Source of the DNA: Candidatus Caldarchaeales archaeon
GTDB taxonomy: Archaea; Thermoproteota; Nitrososphaeria_A; Caldarchaeales; Calditenuaceae
Direction of reading: 5' to 3'
DNA: 32,000 nt
Assembly (NCBI GenBank): GCA_039630085.1
Contig: JBCNVM010000006.1
Location: forward strand, 1 to 32,000
Below the pieces are notes generated by a model. That model was not told the origin of the DNA. It saw only the letters and a program-made list of their open reading frames with translations, and made no database searches. Made by a program: the position numbers and the translations under genes. Positions 1 to 8,867 of this stretch are shown here, piece after piece; within the stretch, counting starts at the first letter, position 1; each line of letters opens with the position of its first letter.

Positions 1-1079
1 TAGGCGCCGGGAGAGGCGCCGGGCGAGACGTAGACCTCGAAGGCGTCCCGCACCTCGACAACCTCGCCGGGCTTAACTGCGTCGAGCCAGACGGTCGAAG
101 GCGTCAGCACGACCAGCGGAGAGCCGGGCTGCGACGCGACCGTGAGGAGGAGCTGGGAGACATCCTCGGTCCCACTGTTAGCCACCCGGACCGTCAGGAC
201 GTTCCTGGTTCCCGCAACTACCTCCTTCGGGAGGACCTCGAAGGAGAGCCTGACGCTCCCCCTCAGGGAAACTTCGAGGGCGTAAATGTAAGTCCTCTTG
301 GTGCCCCACTCGAGGGAGTAACTGAGGCTGAGCTCGACCCTCGCGGACTTCGCCGATGTCCTCGAGACCAAGTCGAAGGCCAGCGTGATCAGGGTGCCGG
401 TCAACCTTCCGACCGCCGACTTGGCGACCTTGGAACCTGCAGGCGTCTCGAGACCCTCTGGCAGCCTGAGCTCTCCCACCGCGTCCGAGATGGCCGTGAG
501 CTCCGGCAGCCTCAGCGAGACGACCAGCCTGCCCGCGGCGCCGGTCTCGGGCGGAAGGCCTCCCGACCACGACGCGTCCACCAGCTCCGGCTTCCCGGGC
601 TCGCCGACGAGCCTCACCTTCACCCGCTCGAGGGACCGGCCAGTCTCGAACTCGCCGCGCGCGTTGACGTACTGGTAACCGAGCTGGACGTAGAGCTCGT
701 AGTCACCCGGCGCCGCTCGAGGGTCCACGTCGAGCTCGAACGTGATGTGCGTGATCTCGCCGGACCTCACGGTGAGGCTGTTGTAGGCAAAGGCCCCGGA
801 TCCCCCATCGGAAGGGCTGAAGGGTGAACGGTCGAGCAGGAGCTCCCCGACCAGCGAGACCAGCGCCTCCCTCCTCGCGTTGATGACCGCGACCGTGAGG
901 GGCATCGACCTGTCCCCGGGTCCGGCCTCTACCCTAGCCCCAGGCCTCCCCCAATAGGCGTCAAGGACCGAGACCTCGTTAGCGGGAGGCAGCCTCTCGG
1001 CGGCGGCCGTCCGGACCAGGAGGGTCGACGGGGAGAAGAGGATCGCGAGGACGAGCGCGACCAGGACCGCGGACCTCAA
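1..1079 (-). CDS. Secreted surface (S-layer/CARDB-like repeat) protein; start is in the window and the 3' end runs off the left edge
   Basis: Absent from the ORF track because it has no stop inside the window. My manual minus-strand translation starts at TTG 1079-1077. An in-frame stop lies at 1091-1089, and GGAGTGAGG sits about 8-10 nt upstream of the TTG. The frame stays open to position 1. It begins MRSAVLVALVLAILFSPSTLLVRTAAAE (signal-peptide-like). Beta-rich repeats follow, e.g. TRNVLTVRVANSGTEDVSQLLLTV...LDAVKPGEVVEVRDAFEVYVSPGASPG, typical of CARDB/COG1361-type archaeal surface domains. Confidence 0.6.
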   Translation of the reverse strand, partial: MRSAVLVALVLAILFSPSTLLVRTAAAERLPPANEVSVLDAYWGRPGARVEAGPGDRSMPLTVAVINARREALVSLVGELLLDRSPFSPSDGGSGAFAYNSLTVRSGEITHITFELDVDPRAAPGDYELYVQLGYQYVNARGEFETGRSLERVKVRLVGEPGKPELVDASWSGGLPPETGAAGRLVVSLRLPELTAISDAVGELRLPEGLETPAGSKVAKSAVGRLTGTLITLAFDLVSRTSAKSARVELSLSYSLEWGTKRTYIYALEVSLRGSVRLSFEVLPKEVVAGTRNVLTVRVANSGTEDVSQLLLTVASQPGSPLVVLTPSTVWLDAVKPGEVVEVRDAFEVYVSPGASPGA

Positions 1080-1102
1080 GGACCCGCCTCACTCCCCTGG
1101 CA

Positions 1103-1849
1103 TCAGATCGAGGCGTCCCACTCCTCGACGAAGACGACCCTCGTCACGCCCTTCAGGTGCTCAAGGATCTCCCTCGCGAGGGCCCTCTTCACCAGCTGAA
1201 TCCCCGAGATCAGGTAGACCTCCTTCGGGAACCTCACGACGACCTTCCCGTCCTCGAGGCTGACCTGTGTGTTGCCCCTGTTCACCTCCGGGATCCGGGA
1301 ATGGAGGAGCGCGTAGACCTTCTCGAGGTCGTCGGTGATTATCCTCCTGACCCTGAGGTCGCAGACCAACGTCTTCCCGGCGAGGTGGTGGTTGAAGTCG
1401 ACTTGGACCCTGCCCGAAGATATGCTCCTCACGACGCACTCCTTGCCGTCGATGATCAGCCTAGTCCCGACCGCGATCGGCTGGTCCAAGTCCCTCAGCC
1501 GCCTCAGCGGTATCACCCTCACCTTGCTCGGGTCCCTCTGCCCGAAGGCCCTCTCCGGCGGTATCTCGAAGGTCTTCGACTCGTCCTCCCGCATCCCCAC
1601 CATCTCCTCCTCGATCGCCCTGAGGAGCATGCCCCTCCCGACGACGGTCAGCCTGGGCTCGAAGACAGCTGCTCCGGCTTCCATCACGGCCTCCTTCGCC
1701 ACCTCCTCGAGCGTCGTGTCGACAAGCTCCCCCGTCTCCTTCACCCTGAGCGTGTAGTCGACCTCGACGAAGCTCCCCTGCTCGACGACCTTGCCCGCCG
1801 AGCCCGCCTGCGCCTCCGCCATCACCAGAGCAGGAGCCGCTACGTCCAT
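1103..1849 (-). CDS. FKBP-type peptidyl-prolyl cis-trans isomerase (archaeal long-type / SlyD-like)
   Basis: Motifs VDYTLRVKETGELVDTT, FEIPPERAFGQRDPSKV (flap insert) and DFNHHLAGKTLVCDLRV. The ATG at 1849 abuts a TTTTTAT element, so the second Met at 1822 (MAEAQAGS...) may be the real leaderless start. Confidence 0.85.
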   Translation of the reverse strand: MDVAAPALVMAEAQAGSAGKVVEQGSFVEVDYTLRVKETGELVDTTLEEVAKEAVMEAGAAVFEPRLTVVGRGMLLRAIEEEMVGMREDESKTFEIPPERAFGQRDPSKVRVIPLRRLRDLDQPIAVGTRLIIDGKECVVRSISSGRVQVDFNHHLAGKTLVCDLRVRRIITDDLEKVYALLHSRIPEVNRGNTQVSLEDGKVVVRFPKEVYLISGIQLVKRALAREILEHLKGVTRVVFVEEWDASI

Positions 1850-2421
1850 AAAAATCCGAGGAGTCAGATCGCCGCGCGCCGCCCCCTCGGTTACAGAGAG
1901 GCTCGAGAGGCACGACTTAGGGTTCAGGCCCGTTCGACTGGAAGAAGCTCACTCACGCTGTGTTAAGAGAGACGCGTCGGGGAGTTCCCGAGAGGGCGCG
2001 AGACCTGCGGCGGTCACGGCGCTCTTGGCTCTGGCGGTCGGTGCGGTCGCGGATACTTCTCGGCCGAGCGCGATGCGGCTGAGGTCCCTGGGAACCTTAC
2101 CGGATTCATGCGCACGACGACCGTTATGATATGGACGACGCGCCGGTGACGGGCTCGCACAGCCAGCCGGTGCCCCTGGTTAGCGTCGATCACACCGCCC
2201 CGCACGCGCTGAACGTCTACTTCTGACCCGACTTGAACGGCCTCGCCGAAGTGAGGGATCTTCCCGGACGGGTCACGTCCCGCGGAGTGCACGCCGTGCG
2301 CGCAACAGAACTGATTTCGAGCCGGCGCTGTTCGACGACTCCGACACGTCTTGATTCCGTCTCCTGATCCCAGTTTCGATTCACAGACACACATTTAATT
2401 TAATCATAAAAAGCGATGTGT

Positions 2422-3564
2422 TCAGTTTCCGCCGGGCGCTCCCAGCGGCAGGTTTATCCACGGCCATTCGAAGACGCTGTCGTCGTCGAACCACGCGTAG
2501 TAACCGACTGGAACTCTCTGCAGGATGCAGCGGGTGTGGTCGCAGTTAGAGGCGGGCTGCTCGCGGCCGAAGGCGTCGGTCCAGAAGTATTCCGATCCCG
2601 AGTTGCCCCATCCGAAGTCTGGATGTTCGACGGCTCTCAGGTTGCCGAGGAAGAAGCTCCGCGGGTCTCCGAACGGCAGACCCTCGACTTCGCTGCATAC
2701 CGGGTAAACCCGCGAGAGGTTCCCTACCTTCATGTACGTCATGGGGTTGTACACCCCTATGCCGGGGGCTGCGAAGAACCTCGCTCCGTGAATCGTTCCC
2801 GTGCCGACCCGGACGCTGAAGTACCAGACCTCGTAGAAGAGGCGCCTACTGACGCATTCCTCGTCCGGGACGATTCTGTCACCGACCCTCGGGCCGCACT
2901 TGGGGTTGAGGTTCCCCGTGTCGCCCATCACGTTCACGCTGGTCCTCCTGCCCGCAGCGTCCACGATGTCTATCTGTATGCTGTGAAAGGCGCGGACCAA
3001 TCTCGCCGCACCGGCAGTCCCCTGATGGACGACGATCCTCCATTCAGCGTTGTTTCCCATCCCGTCGCCCGTTCGGGGCTTGTAGAAGACCTTGAACCCT
3101 GCGTGGGCCGCTATCTCCTCGACCATACCCGCGATCTTCGCCGCGTACCCGAAGGCCGGGAGGTCCCGGAAGCTCCCCTGCACCGGGTTGTCTCCGTGTT
3201 CGTGTGCGAACGTGCAAGTGCCCCGTGAGGGGTTGCTGGGATCTATGGGGACCGTGACCGGGTGCCATGTCCGGTATTTCCGGTCATCCGGTCCGATGAC
3301 GTAATACCTGTCGTGGACTTCCGGCGGGCAGGTACCTAAGATAGCCGGGTTGACCGCTGGAAAAGTGTCCGAATACTGCGCCGTCGTGGTGGTCGTCGTG
3401 GACGTTACCGTTGTGGTGGTCGTCCTCGTCGTCGTTCTGGTCCGCGTGGTTCTCGTCGTGGTAGTTCTCCGCTGGGACTGTGCCTCGGCAGATTCAAGGA
3501 CCAGCGTAGTAAGCAGGAGTATTACGACTGCCACCGCTAGGACGGCGGGCAGCCTGGAGTTCAT
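2422..3564 (-). CDS. Secreted protein of unknown function: signal peptide, Thr-rich linker, 8-Cys globular domain
   Basis: N-terminus MNSRLPAVLAVAVVILLLTTLVLESAEA is signal-peptide-like. The Thr/Arg linker QRRTTTTRTTRTRTTTRTTTTTVTSTTTTTT is encoded at about 3382-3465. The body carries 8 Cys and a CTFAHEHGDNP motif that I do not recognise. A TATA-like palindrome lies about 26 nt upstream and a T5 tract about 10 nt after the stop. Confidence 0.7.
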   Translation of the reverse strand: MNSRLPAVLAVAVVILLLTTLVLESAEAQSQRRTTTTRTTRTRTTTRTTTTTVTSTTTTTTAQYSDTFPAVNPAILGTCPPEVHDRYYVIGPDDRKYRTWHPVTVPIDPSNPSRGTCTFAHEHGDNPVQGSFRDLPAFGYAAKIAGMVEEIAAHAGFKVFYKPRTGDGMGNNAEWRIVVHQGTAGAARLVRAFHSIQIDIVDAAGRRTSVNVMGDTGNLNPKCGPRVGDRIVPDEECVSRRLFYEVWYFSVRVGTGTIHGARFFAAPGIGVYNPMTYMKVGNLSRVYPVCSEVEGLPFGDPRSFFLGNLRAVEHPDFGWGNSGSEYFWTDAFGREQPASNCDHTRCILQRVPVGYYAWFDDDSVFEWPWINLPLGAPGGN

Positions 3565-4025
3565 GCCCCCGTCCCGCCAGGTTTATGCATAAAAGCTTTT
3601 TGCGACAAGGCTGGGCGGTGAAATTCCAGAAGTTTTATGTGTAAAGGAGCACGGGAGACAACTAACGCCCGACGAAAGCTGCCGGCCCTCGTCTTTCAGA
3701 GCTGCAGGGGCGTCAGATCAATTACTTCAGGCTGAGGTTACGAGGGGAGGCATTCGAGTCCAGAGAGTGGGAGCGTCGGTCCCCTAAGTCCCATGCAGAC
3801 GATCGATGAGGCCGCAGACGTCATCGAGCGGGGAGGACCCCCGTTCACGTCATGCCTTCTCTCCTTCTCGAGAGAGGACTCGCGATGATCCTAACAAACG
3901 CTCCGCAGCGCCTGCGTCTTGAAAAAGGAGACTCGGAGGGATCCGCGAAACTTCGCGACCGTGCCCGATCTCCCGGCACGAGGACTCATTCGCCTCTTCG
4001 AGGCCAGCGTGGTTATCAGTCTTAT

Positions 4026-4361
4026 ATGGAGGACGGTCACTCGGTCCGTGCCGTGAGGGAGACGGTCGAGGTCGTGAGGAGGGTCGAGGAGGAGCTCGAC
4101 GGCCTCGAGTCGAGGGTCGAGGAGTTCTCGAGGCAGCTCGAGGAGCGCGCGGCGAGGCAGCTCGAGGAGCTGAGGGGGAGGGTGAGGGAGCTGGTCGAGT
4201 CGGAGAGGAGGAGGCTGACGGCGGAGCTCGAGGAGCAGCTCAGGGCCTATTCCGCCGAGGCCGGCGCGAAGTACTCGAGGAGGGTCGAGGAGCTGAGGAG
4301 GAGGTTCTCGGAAAGGAGAGAGGAGATCACTCAAGCGCTGGTGAGGGCGATCCTCGGCTGA
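4026..4361 (+). CDS. atpH: A/V-type ATP synthase subunit H-like coiled-coil protein
   Basis: About 111 aa, E/R-rich and all helical, ending ...ITQALVRAILG like archaeal AhaH/AtpH. It sits 6 nt upstream of a subunit C gene. The track ORF starts at 3852, but its first 58 codons (MPSLLLERGLAMILTN...GQRGYQSY) look non-coding, so I prefer ATG 4026. Confidence 0.5.
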   Translation: MEDGHSVRAVRETVEVVRRVEEELDGLESRVEEFSRQLEERAARQLEELRGRVRELVESERRRLTAELEEQLRAYSAEAGAKYSRRVEELRRRFSERREEITQALVRAILG

Positions 4362-4367
4362 TCGGGA

Positions 4368-5408
4368 ATGGACTCGAGGTACATCTACGTCCTCGCCTTC
4401 GCGACCAGGGGCAAGCTGCTGGAGAGGAGGGCGCTGGAGGACCTCGCCGACTCGAAGACCTTGGACGACTTGGTCACCGCGCTCAGGGCCACCCACTACT
4501 CGGAGGCCGTCTCAGAGCTCCCGCAGCCGGTCACCGCCAGGAGGGTCGAGCTGGCGCTGAGGAGGTACCTGTACCGATACCACCACTCGATGATCAGGTA
4601 CACCTCTTGGAACCCCGCGCTGGTCGCCCTCTTCGAGAGGTACGTCGTCAGGGAACTTAAGGCCGCCGTCAGGGGCATCGCGTCCGGGAAGTCGGTCGAC
4701 GAGGTGATGAGGGAGGTCGACCTCGTGCCCGCCGAGCTCCTAGGGGTCAGGGACGTGACAGCGAGGGCGGTGGCGTCGAGGTCCGCGACCGAGCTCAGGC
4801 TGGCCCTCAGGGGGACGAAGTACGAGGCTCCGGTGAACTCCGCGCTCGACTACTTCGAGAGGACCGGCGACCCCGCCGCGATAGACGTCGAGCTGGACAA
4901 GTCGATCGTCGGCTCCCTGTCGGCCTCGATCCGCGCCCTCAAGGGGACCGACAGGAGGTGGGTGAGGTGGATGGTCGAGCGCTACCTCAACTCGGTCGTC
5001 GTCGAGGCGGTGCTCAGGTCGAAGGCTTGGAGGCTCGAGCCGGGCGAGGTCAGGAGGGCGATAGAGGGCCTCGAGCACGGGATACCGCGTCCGGTGATGG
5101 AGGTCCTGCTGGAGAGCTCCGAGGCCGAGGCTGTCTCGAGGGCCCTTCAGCTCGTCGAGGGGAAGAGCCTGCCGCGTCTGACCGAGAGGCTGAGCCTGAC
5201 CGCGATGGCCTCACAGCTGAGGGAGAGGGCGTGGAAGGACCTGGTCTCGAGGGCGAGGAGGGCCTTCCTGATCACGGACTCGCACCTGGCCCTTGCCGTT
5301 GCTTCGGTCTTCCTCCTCGAGGACGAGGTCGCGCGGGTGACGTCGATCGCTACCGGGATCGAGATGGGCCTCGGGAAGGAGGAGATACTCGAGGTCGCAC
5401 TCTTCTGA
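4368..5408 (+). CDS. atpC: A/V-type ATP synthase subunit C (eukaryotic V0 d-like)
   Basis: 346 aa, all alpha. The N-terminus YIYVLAFATRGKLLERRALEDLADSKTLDDLVTALRATHYSE matches the usual Y.Y...R.r....ll....l..l...L..t.Y pattern of subunit C. It is adjacent to the AtpH-like ORF. Confidence 0.7.
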   Translation: MDSRYIYVLAFATRGKLLERRALEDLADSKTLDDLVTALRATHYSEAVSELPQPVTARRVELALRRYLYRYHHSMIRYTSWNPALVALFERYVVRELKAAVRGIASGKSVDEVMREVDLVPAELLGVRDVTARAVASRSATELRLALRGTKYEAPVNSALDYFERTGDPAAIDVELDKSIVGSLSASIRALKGTDRRWVRWMVERYLNSVVVEAVLRSKAWRLEPGEVRRAIEGLEHGIPRPVMEVLLESSEAEAVSRALQLVEGKSLPRLTERLSLTAMASQLRERAWKDLVSRARRAFLITDSHLALAVASVFLLEDEVARVTSIATGIEMGLGKEEILEVALF

Positions 5409-5464
5409 GGTCACCTGGCGGGGAGACCCGTCAGAGCCTCTGGTGGCGATCGGAACGCGTGACG

Positions 5465-5470
5465 AAAAAA
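5465..5470 (-). terminator. Oligo-T tract (T6 on minus strand) about 30 nt downstream of the CoxL-like stop
   Basis: The plus strand reads gacgAAAAAAggg, so the minus strand reads cccTTTTTTcgtc. Archaeal intrinsic termination typically uses oligo-T tracts. Confidence 0.35.
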
Positions 5471-5501
5471 GGGAGCTCTAGGAGGATTCCTATGTGAGAA
5501 C

Positions 5502-7859
5502 TCATTTCGCGACTGACTTTATCGCCCTCAGGACCTTCTCCGGCGTCAGCGGCATGTCGAGGTGCTTGACGCCGAGGTGGGCCAGCGCGTCGAGGACCGC
5601 GTTCACGACGGCAGGCGTGGAGGCTATCGTCCCCGCCTCTCCGATCCCCTTCACCCCGAGCGGGTTGTGCGGCGAAGGCGTGACCGTCGAGTCGGTGACG
5701 ATGTCCGGGATCTCGACAGCGGTCGGGACCAGGTAGTCGTTCAGGGTCGAGGTGAGAAGGTTGCCCGACGCGTCGTAGGCCGCCTCCTCGTAGAGCGCCT
5801 GCGCGAGCCCCTGAGCGATGCCCCCGTGTATCTGGCCCTCGACGATCATCGGGTTGATCTGGTTGCCGCAGTCGTCGACCGCGACGTACTTCAGCAGCTT
5901 GACCTGTCCGCTGTCCCGGTCCACCTCGACGACGCAGACGTGCGTCCCGAACGGGAAGGTGAAGTTCGGCGGGTCGTAGAAGACCGTCGCCTCAAGTCCC
6001 GGCTCCATGCCGCTGGGGATCTCGTTGGCTCCGGCTCCGTAGGCCGCGAACGCGACCTCTTGTATCGTCTTGGACTTCTCGGGAGCCTCCCTGACGTAGA
6101 ACCTCCCCGCCTCGAAGGCTAGGTCCTCCTCCCTCACCTCGAGCATGTGGGCCGCGATCCTCTTGGCCTTCTCGATCACCTTGTCGCACGCGAGGGCGAT
6201 CGCTCCGCCCGCGACCGGCGTCGTCCTGCTCCCGTAGGTGCCCATCCCGAACGGCACCTGATCGGTGTCGCCGTGGATCACCTCGACGTCCTCCAGCGGC
6301 ACGCCCAGCTTGTCGGCCACTATCTGGGCGAAGGTCGTCTCCTCGCCCTGGCCGTGCGGGTGCCCTCCCGTGAAGACCGAGACCTTCCCGGTCGGGTGGA
6401 CCCTCACGACCGTGCTCTCCCAGAGGCCGAGCCCGAACCCCAGCGACCTCACCGCGGCCGACGGCCCCATCCCGCAGACCTCGACGTAGCTGGAGATCCC
6501 GATCCCGATCAGCCTGCCCATCTCCCTTGCCCTCCTCTGCTCCTCCCTCCACCTGTGGTAGTCGACGAGCTCCAGCGCCCTCCTGAAGGCCCTCTCGTAG
6601 TCGCCGCTGTCGTAGACCAGGGCTATCGGGGTCTGGTACGGGAACCTGTCCTTCGGTATGAAGTTCCTCGCCCTGACATCCGCCGGGTCCATCCCTAGCT
6701 CCCTCGCGACGAGGTCCATCACCCGCTCGAGGATGTAGGTCGCCTCCGGCCTGCCCGCGCCCCTGTAGGCGTCGACCGGAGCCGTGTTGGTCAGGGCCCC
6801 TATCACCTCTACCGATATCCCCCTGATCGCGTACGGGCCCGAGAGCATCGGCCCGAAGAGGATCGTGGGTATGCCCGGGGCCGCCGTTGAGATGTACGCT
6901 CCGAGGTTCGCGTAGGACCTCACCCTGAGGCCCAGGACCTTCCCGTCCTTCGTAGCCGCCGCCTCCACGTACTGGACGTGGTCCCTTCCGTGGATCGTGG
7001 AGGTGAAGTTCTCTTGCCTCGTCTCGACCCACTCGACCGGCAGCTCCAGCCTCTTCGCGAGGTGAAGGACCACGGCCTCGGGGCCGTAGCAGTGGATCTT
7101 CGACCCGAAGCCGCCTCCCACGTCGTAGGAGACCACCCTCAGCTTGTGCTCGGGCGTCCCCGTGATCGCGGAGAGAAGGAGCCTGTGGACGTGCGGGTTC
7201 TGCGTCGTCAAGTAGATCGTAGACCTGTCAGAGAACCTGTCGTAGACCGCGAGCGCGGCCCTCGTCTCCAGCGCGGCGGGCTGGAGCCTCGAGTTCACCA
7301 TCCTCTGCTTGACCACGACGTCCGCCCGCGAGAACGCGGCCTCGACGTCCCCTCCCGATGCCCTCCAGGTGAAGGCCCTGTTATCGGGGACCTCGTCGTA
7401 GAGCAGCGGAGCTCCGGGCTGTACGGCCTTCTCCGGATCGGTCACCGCAGGGAGCTGCTCGAACTCGGCCCTCACGAGCCCCGCTGCGTCCGCGGCCGCG
7501 TAGGGAGAGCGGGCCACGACCACTGCGTAGGGGTCGCCGACGTACCTGACCTTGTCGACCGCGACCGGCATGTACTTCGGGACCTTGAGGTCGGCGCCCG
7601 GTATCTGCCAGGCCGTGGGGACGGGACCGATCGAGTCCGCGAGGTCGCGGCCCGTGAAGACCGCGATCACGCCGTCCGCCCTCTGCGCCCTCGAGACGTC
7701 GACGGACTTGATCCTCGCGTGGGCGTACGGGCTCCTCACGAAGTGGGCGTAGACCGTGCCCGGGAGCGCGATGTCCGCGGTGAACCTCCCCTTCCCGGTG
7801 ATCAGCCTCGGGTCCTCCTTCCTCTTAACCCTGGCACCGAACAGTTTAGTTACGGCCAT
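5502..7859 (-). CDS. Xanthine dehydrogenase/CO dehydrogenase family molybdopterin-binding large subunit (form II CoxL-like)
   Basis: N-terminus [23 protein letters not shown], then [10 protein letters not shown] and [15 protein letters not shown]. The AYRGAGR spelling is form II-type, not the form I AYRCSFR active-site loop. Length 785 aa. Confidence 0.85.
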   Translation of the reverse strand: MAVTKLFGARVKRKEDPRLITGKGRFTADIALPGTVYAHFVRSPYAHARIKSVDVSRAQRADGVIAVFTGRDLADSIGPVPTAWQIPGADLKVPKYMPVAVDKVRYVGDPYAVVVARSPYAAADAAGLVRAEFEQLPAVTDPEKAVQPGAPLLYDEVPDNRAFTWRASGGDVEAAFSRADVVVKQRMVNSRLQPAALETRAALAVYDRFSDRSTIYLTTQNPHVHRLLLSAITGTPEHKLRVVSYDVGGGFGSKIHCYGPEAVVLHLAKRLELPVEWVETRQENFTSTIHGRDHVQYVEAAATKDGKVLGLRVRSYANLGAYISTAAPGIPTILFGPMLSGPYAIRGISVEVIGALTNTAPVDAYRGAGRPEATYILERVMDLVARELGMDPADVRARNFIPKDRFPYQTPIALVYDSGDYERAFRRALELVDYHRWREEQRRAREMGRLIGIGISSYVEVCGMGPSAAVRSLGFGLGLWESTVVRVHPTGKVSVFTGGHPHGQGEETTFAQIVADKLGVPLEDVEVIHGDTDQVPFGMGTYGSRTTPVAGGAIALACDKVIEKAKRIAAHMLEVREEDLAFEAGRFYVREAPEKSKTIQEVAFAAYGAGANEIPSGMEPGLEATVFYDPPNFTFPFGTHVCVVEVDRDSGQVKLLKYVAVDDCGNQINPMIVEGQIHGGIAQGLAQALYEEAAYDASGNLLTSTLNDYLVPTAVEIPDIVTDSTVTPSPHNPLGVKGIGEAGTIASTPAVVNAVLDALAHLGVKHLDMPLTPEKVLRAIKSVAK

Positions 7860-7880
7860 GCAGAGGTAGATCTCCGGCCG

Positions 7881-7895
7881 ATAGAAAATTTTTTC
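7881..7895. promoter_or_regulatory. AT-rich TATA-like element shared by the divergent CoxL-like and NUDIX genes
   Basis: atagaaaattttttc lies in an otherwise GC-rich 49-bp spacer. It is about 25-30 nt from ATG 7859 (minus strand) and from TTG 7909 / ATG 7924 (plus strand). Confidence 0.4.
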
Positions 7896-7908
7896 GACGA
7901 ACGCGGGG

Positions 7909-8397
7909 TTGAGTTCGGAGGAGATGTCGGGAGGCGAGGGCTCCGCGGCCAGGACCAGGACGAGGAGGGAGAGGTCGGCGGGGTGCGTCGTCTTCCACTC
8001 CTCGCCGGACGGCCGGAGGAGGTACCTCGTGCTCCACTACCCGAACGGGCACTGGGACTTCCCGAAGGGCCACGTCGAGAGGGGAGAGGACGACTTCGCG
8101 GCGGCCCTCAGGGAGCTCCGCGAGGAGACCGGGATATCGCGGGTCGAGCCGGTCCTCGGCTTCAGGAGGGAGATCTCCTACTTCTTCACGGACTCGGGGG
8201 AACTGGTCGCCAAGAAGGTCGTCTACTTCGCAGCGAGGGCGCTGAGCTCGGAGGTCAAGCTCTCGGAGGAGCACTTGGGCTACGAGTGGCTCGCGTACGA
8301 GGACGCGGTGAAGAGGCTCTCCTTCAGGAGCTCGAGGGCGCTGCTCGAGGAGGTCGAGAGGTTCCTGGCTTCGCAGTCCGAGGCTCCGCCGGCCTGA
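7909..8397 (+). CDS. NUDIX hydrolase (Ap4A-hydrolase-like)
   Basis: Complete Nudix box GHVERGEDDFAAALRELREETGI, preceded by WDFPKG. The start could be TTG 7909 or the ATG five codons later. Confidence 0.85.
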   Translation: MSSEEMSGGEGSAARTRTRRERSAGCVVFHSSPDGRRRYLVLHYPNGHWDFPKGHVERGEDDFAAALRELREETGISRVEPVLGFRREISYFFTDSGELVAKKVVYFAARALSSEVKLSEEHLGYEWLAYEDAVKRLSFRSSRALLEEVERFLASQSEAPPA

Positions 8398-8422
8398 AAG
8401 TCCGGTCCAGCTGCCTCGATCG

Positions 8423-8800
8423 TCAGAGGACCTGGGCTCCCTGCTGTATGTCCCTCTCCGGGACTATCGGAACGACGTTGGACTCGTCGGTCATCGCGGC
8501 CAGTATCATGCACTCCGAGACCAGCCCCCTCACCTTCTTCGGCCTAAGGTTGGTCACGAAGACGAACTTCCTGTTGACGAAGTGCTCCGGGCCGTAGAGG
8601 TGCCCCAGCCCCGCGAGCGCCTGCTTCCTGAAAGTCCCGAAGTCGACCGTCAGCCTGATCAGCCTGTCCGTCCCCTGGACCCTCTCGGCCTCGATCACCA
8701 TCCCGACCCTGATCTCCGCGCGCCTAAACTCCGAGATGTCCAGCTCCGACGACAAGCCGCTGCCCGTCCAGCGGGCCTGTTGATTAAGGTGGCGAAGCAT
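8423..8800 (-). CDS. tRNA-binding domain protein (Trbp111/CsaA/EMAPII-like OB fold)
   Basis: AEIRVGMVIEAERVQGTDRLIRLTVDFG...KFVFVTNLRPKKVRGLVSECMILAA is the classic tRNA-binding OB-domain pattern. A shorter start at TTG 8755 (MSSELDISEF...) is possible. Confidence 0.8.
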   Translation of the reverse strand: MLRHLNQQARWTGSGLSSELDISEFRRAEIRVGMVIEAERVQGTDRLIRLTVDFGTFRKQALAGLGHLYGPEHFVNRKFVFVTNLRPKKVRGLVSECMILAAMTDESNVVPIVPERDIQQGAQVL

Positions 8801-8867
8801 CTGGCGGCGATCGGTTCCCGACCGGGGAGTACGGGACTAATGCGACGCCTTGGCTTCACGCACTCCA

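Noticed and set aside
178-678. Track ORFs 178-570(-) and 385-678(+).
   Set aside because: They overlap the much longer open minus-strand frame (1-1079), which has a signal peptide and surface-protein-like repeats. Their own translations look like GC-driven noise.
2014-2394. A 126-aa minus-strand ORF directly downstream of an AT-rich element, plus an alternative 55-codon GTG ORF in another frame.
   Set aside because: The translation (MCVCESKLGSGDGIKTCRSRRTAPARNQ...) is Arg-rich with no recognisable fold pattern. I kept the region as an unexplained non-coding finding instead.
3860-3880. The TCTCGAGA palindrome and the many other CTCGAG sites.
   Set aside because: CTCGAG equals Leu-Glu codons, which are favoured in this genome and occur throughout its coding sequence. 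It is not a specific signal.
3793-3888. A 31-codon ORF (MQTIDEAADVIERGGPPFTSCLLSFSREDSR) in the spacer before atpH.
   Set aside because: It is too short and has no TATA or Shine-Dalgarno context that I can see. It cannot be supported from sequence alone.
3852-4025. N-terminal extension of the AtpH-like ORF (track start 3852).
   Set aside because: The first 58 codons (MPSLLLERGLAMILTNAPQRLRLEKGDSEGS...) have no AtpH-like character. ATG 4026 gives a protein of the typical size of about 111 aa.
8396-8405. GAAAGTCCGG, which resembles the RNase P RNA CR-I/P4 motif.
   Set aside because: It sits in a 25-bp gap between two convergent CDSs, which leaves no room for an RNase P RNA. Coincidental match.
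6978-8597. A 539-aa plus-strand ORF. Similar long ORFs: 1157-1966(+), 5992-7032(-), 9811-10530(-), 11228-11869(-), 11748-13283(-), 13951-14556(+), 14912-15709(+), 15615-16802(+), 17416-18354(-), 18738-19355(-), 19584-20675(-), 20519-21145(+), 21323-22177(+), 22608-23534(+), 24459-25586(-), 25880-26593(-), 26912-27838(-), 27997-28647(-).
   Set aside because: All are antisense or out of frame relative to genes with strong family motifs. Their translations are Arg/Pro/Gly/Asp/Glu-rich low-complexity strings. Stop-free shadow frames like these are expected in high-GC DNA.
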